Origin: Tubiluchus corallicola
Lineage: Eukaryota; Animalia; Priapulida
Assembly (NCBI GenBank): GCA_030141605.1
Contig: JAQGDQ010001592.1
Location: 1 to 33,388, forward strand
Direction: 5' to 3'
Length of the DNA: 33,388 nucleotides
Below the pieces are notes generated by a model. That model was not told where the DNA came from. It saw only the letters and a list, made by a program, of their open reading frames with translations, and ran no database searches. Both the position numbers and the translations under genes were made by a program. Positions 31,461-33,388 of this stretch are shown piece after piece; within the stretch, counting starts at the first letter, position 1; every line of letters starts with the position of its first letter.

Positions 31461-32005
31461 CTTACCCTCAGTTTGGTCTCCCAGATGGGCATAAATCACA
31501 CCATCGCTCTGCAATCGAATTTTGCAACTGAGTTACGAACGAGAACAGTAACCAGAAAATTAACATTGCCTTTTGTAATAGACAGGCTGGATAATCGCTT
31601 CTCGGCACTTGTGTGCGGCTGCTTTCCTACCTGCCTGTCTGCATTCTTGCTTATTTGCCTGCCTACCTGCCAATACCGCATTTACTAAAGCGAAAAACAT
31701 CGATCAAAATTTCGCAAATTATGAAATTGTTTGAATACCTTAATTGTGTAACTAATCTGTTGGACAAATTAAGTCCATTTAACATAGAAGACACATGGAG
31801 GACTTAATACACAGTTTTGAAATATGCGTATACCCACTTCCGTCATATAACGAATTTACAGCAAAATGTAACTGTAATGCTAATATCATCATGCATGACT
31901 TTAAGATTTTTATACATCTCAGACGTACAAATGTTTTGTACTGTAAATTTTTCAAAATTCTGTTATACGTACTTTTTGATTTTTTTGTACTGCGCAATAA
32001 AAAAT

Positions 32006-32220
32006 TATGTTATGTTATGTTACGTTACGTTACGTTACGTTACGTTACGTTACGTTACGTTACGTTACGTTACGTTACGTTACGTTACGTTACGATGTGT
32101 TGCGTTGCATTACATTGCACTGGGTTGCGTTACACTACGTTATGCTGCGCTGTGTTGTGTTGTTAGGTTATGTGACGTGACGTGACGTTGCGTTGCATTA
32201 CGTGATGTGATATTATGTTA
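32006..32220. repeat. (GTTAC)n pentanucleotide microsatellite with a degenerate tail
   Basis: Direct reading. Confidence 0.95.
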
Positions 32221-32837
32221 GGAGTCACAATCAGGGCTACACTGAGTGACATTAACATGAGCAGATACTGTCGTAGAAGCAATTTACTATTCTTGTCCTG
32301 CGCTTGTAAATTAATCTCGTGCTACGTCACACAGCAAAAGTCCAGCTAAAATTAACTAAATCCAAACCGTCAATAACGTAGAATTATTTGAACTACCTAA
32401 GCAAGAAGATTTAATGACAAACAACAAGCTGCGTTCAAACTGGCTTCGTCTAAATCTTGTGTAGAAAATTGCTCTTTCATGTGATTGTCGCCATTGTAGC
32501 TTATATTATTAAAACTTTGTCAGTAATTATCGCGAGGCGCACTGACAATCGATTTCTTCCTGCCATTTCCAGCCGCAAACGAACGCGACGCGAAGGAATA
32601 AGCATAGGAAAAATCCCAGTTATCTTGAAATGCATTCTGGACTGAGATATGTTGGGACCCGGTCCAGCATTTCCTCTGCGTCCTGATTTAATATGGACTA
32701 GGCTTAGCTTTACGTCACCGGTGACCGACTGACGACCTGACTTGCGATCTGATCCAATCATCAAATTCCAAATGTTACTTACATGTACAATAATACGCGT
32801 ATTTTATGTAAGTATATATATAAGCTACAATGGCTAC

Positions 32838-32843
32838 ATATAT

Positions 32844-32888
<45 letters not shown>

Positions 32889-32905
32889 CATATATATATA
32901 TATAT
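32838..32905. repeat. (TA)n microsatellite
   Basis: Direct reading. Confidence 0.95.
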
Positions 32906-33388
32906 TGCACGTCCTCTGACATTACTCTTGCAGTCACTTTAGACCACGCTGTCCTGTACCCCGCAACCTCCCACGTCTCTGTATTTTTGATATCTAATGG
33001 TTTGCTGATAAGAACTTTTTGGATGGAATTAACGTGAGTCAGTAGGTGTCTTTCTTGCGATTTCTTTTCTTTCTGCAGTGCTTTTTGAACGCTAATTTTA
33101 ATGGACTGTCATCTGGCAGTCGTATAAGATGTCCTATTCATCTTAATCTTCTCCTTTTCATTTTAACTGTCCATTCCCCTGCCTTGACTTCATTATATAA
33201 AGTATATATACATTGACAATAACTTATCTTGCGTCGTTCATCATTAATAATTGAACTGCAATGCATCGCAATAGATGTACATATATATATTGCAACGTGG
33301 GCGAAATGCTGTTTATTTCACACCTCCCCCACCCACACATTGTGATAGCTTGATTCATTACGAAGTCACGGCACAAACTATCTACTAC

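Noticed and set aside
32457-32764. ORFs in a GC-richer patch as a coding exon
   Set aside because: No recognisable domain or convincing splice sites.

Overview
AT-rich eukaryotic (probably invertebrate animal) genomic DNA. Positions ~1-17,750 carry the 5' part of a multi-exon SMG7 (nonsense-mediated decay factor, EST1/14-3-3-like TPR family) gene on the minus strand. I assembled it by hand from 14 GT-AG exons with consistent phases (1,565 nt, about 521 codons, no internal stop); it continues past the left edge. The introns are full of minisatellites, microsatellites and non-autonomous DNA transposons. The main surprise is the 2.6-kb, 51-bp minisatellite in intron 3. It is a tandem amplification of the exon-4 splice acceptor itself, giving 50 near-identical 3' splice sites, and only the last one is productive. 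Every other acceptor leads to a premature stop, in 48 of 49 cases the TAG of the next acceptor. The same gene also has a duplicated exon-6 donor that gives a premature stop, and stacked uORFs, one overlapping the start codon. Upstream lies a CR1-type LINE remnant with 5'-inversion geometry, followed by about 13 kb of repeat-rich DNA with no coding sequence I can support. All long ORFs in the supplied track that fall in tandem repeats are artefacts.
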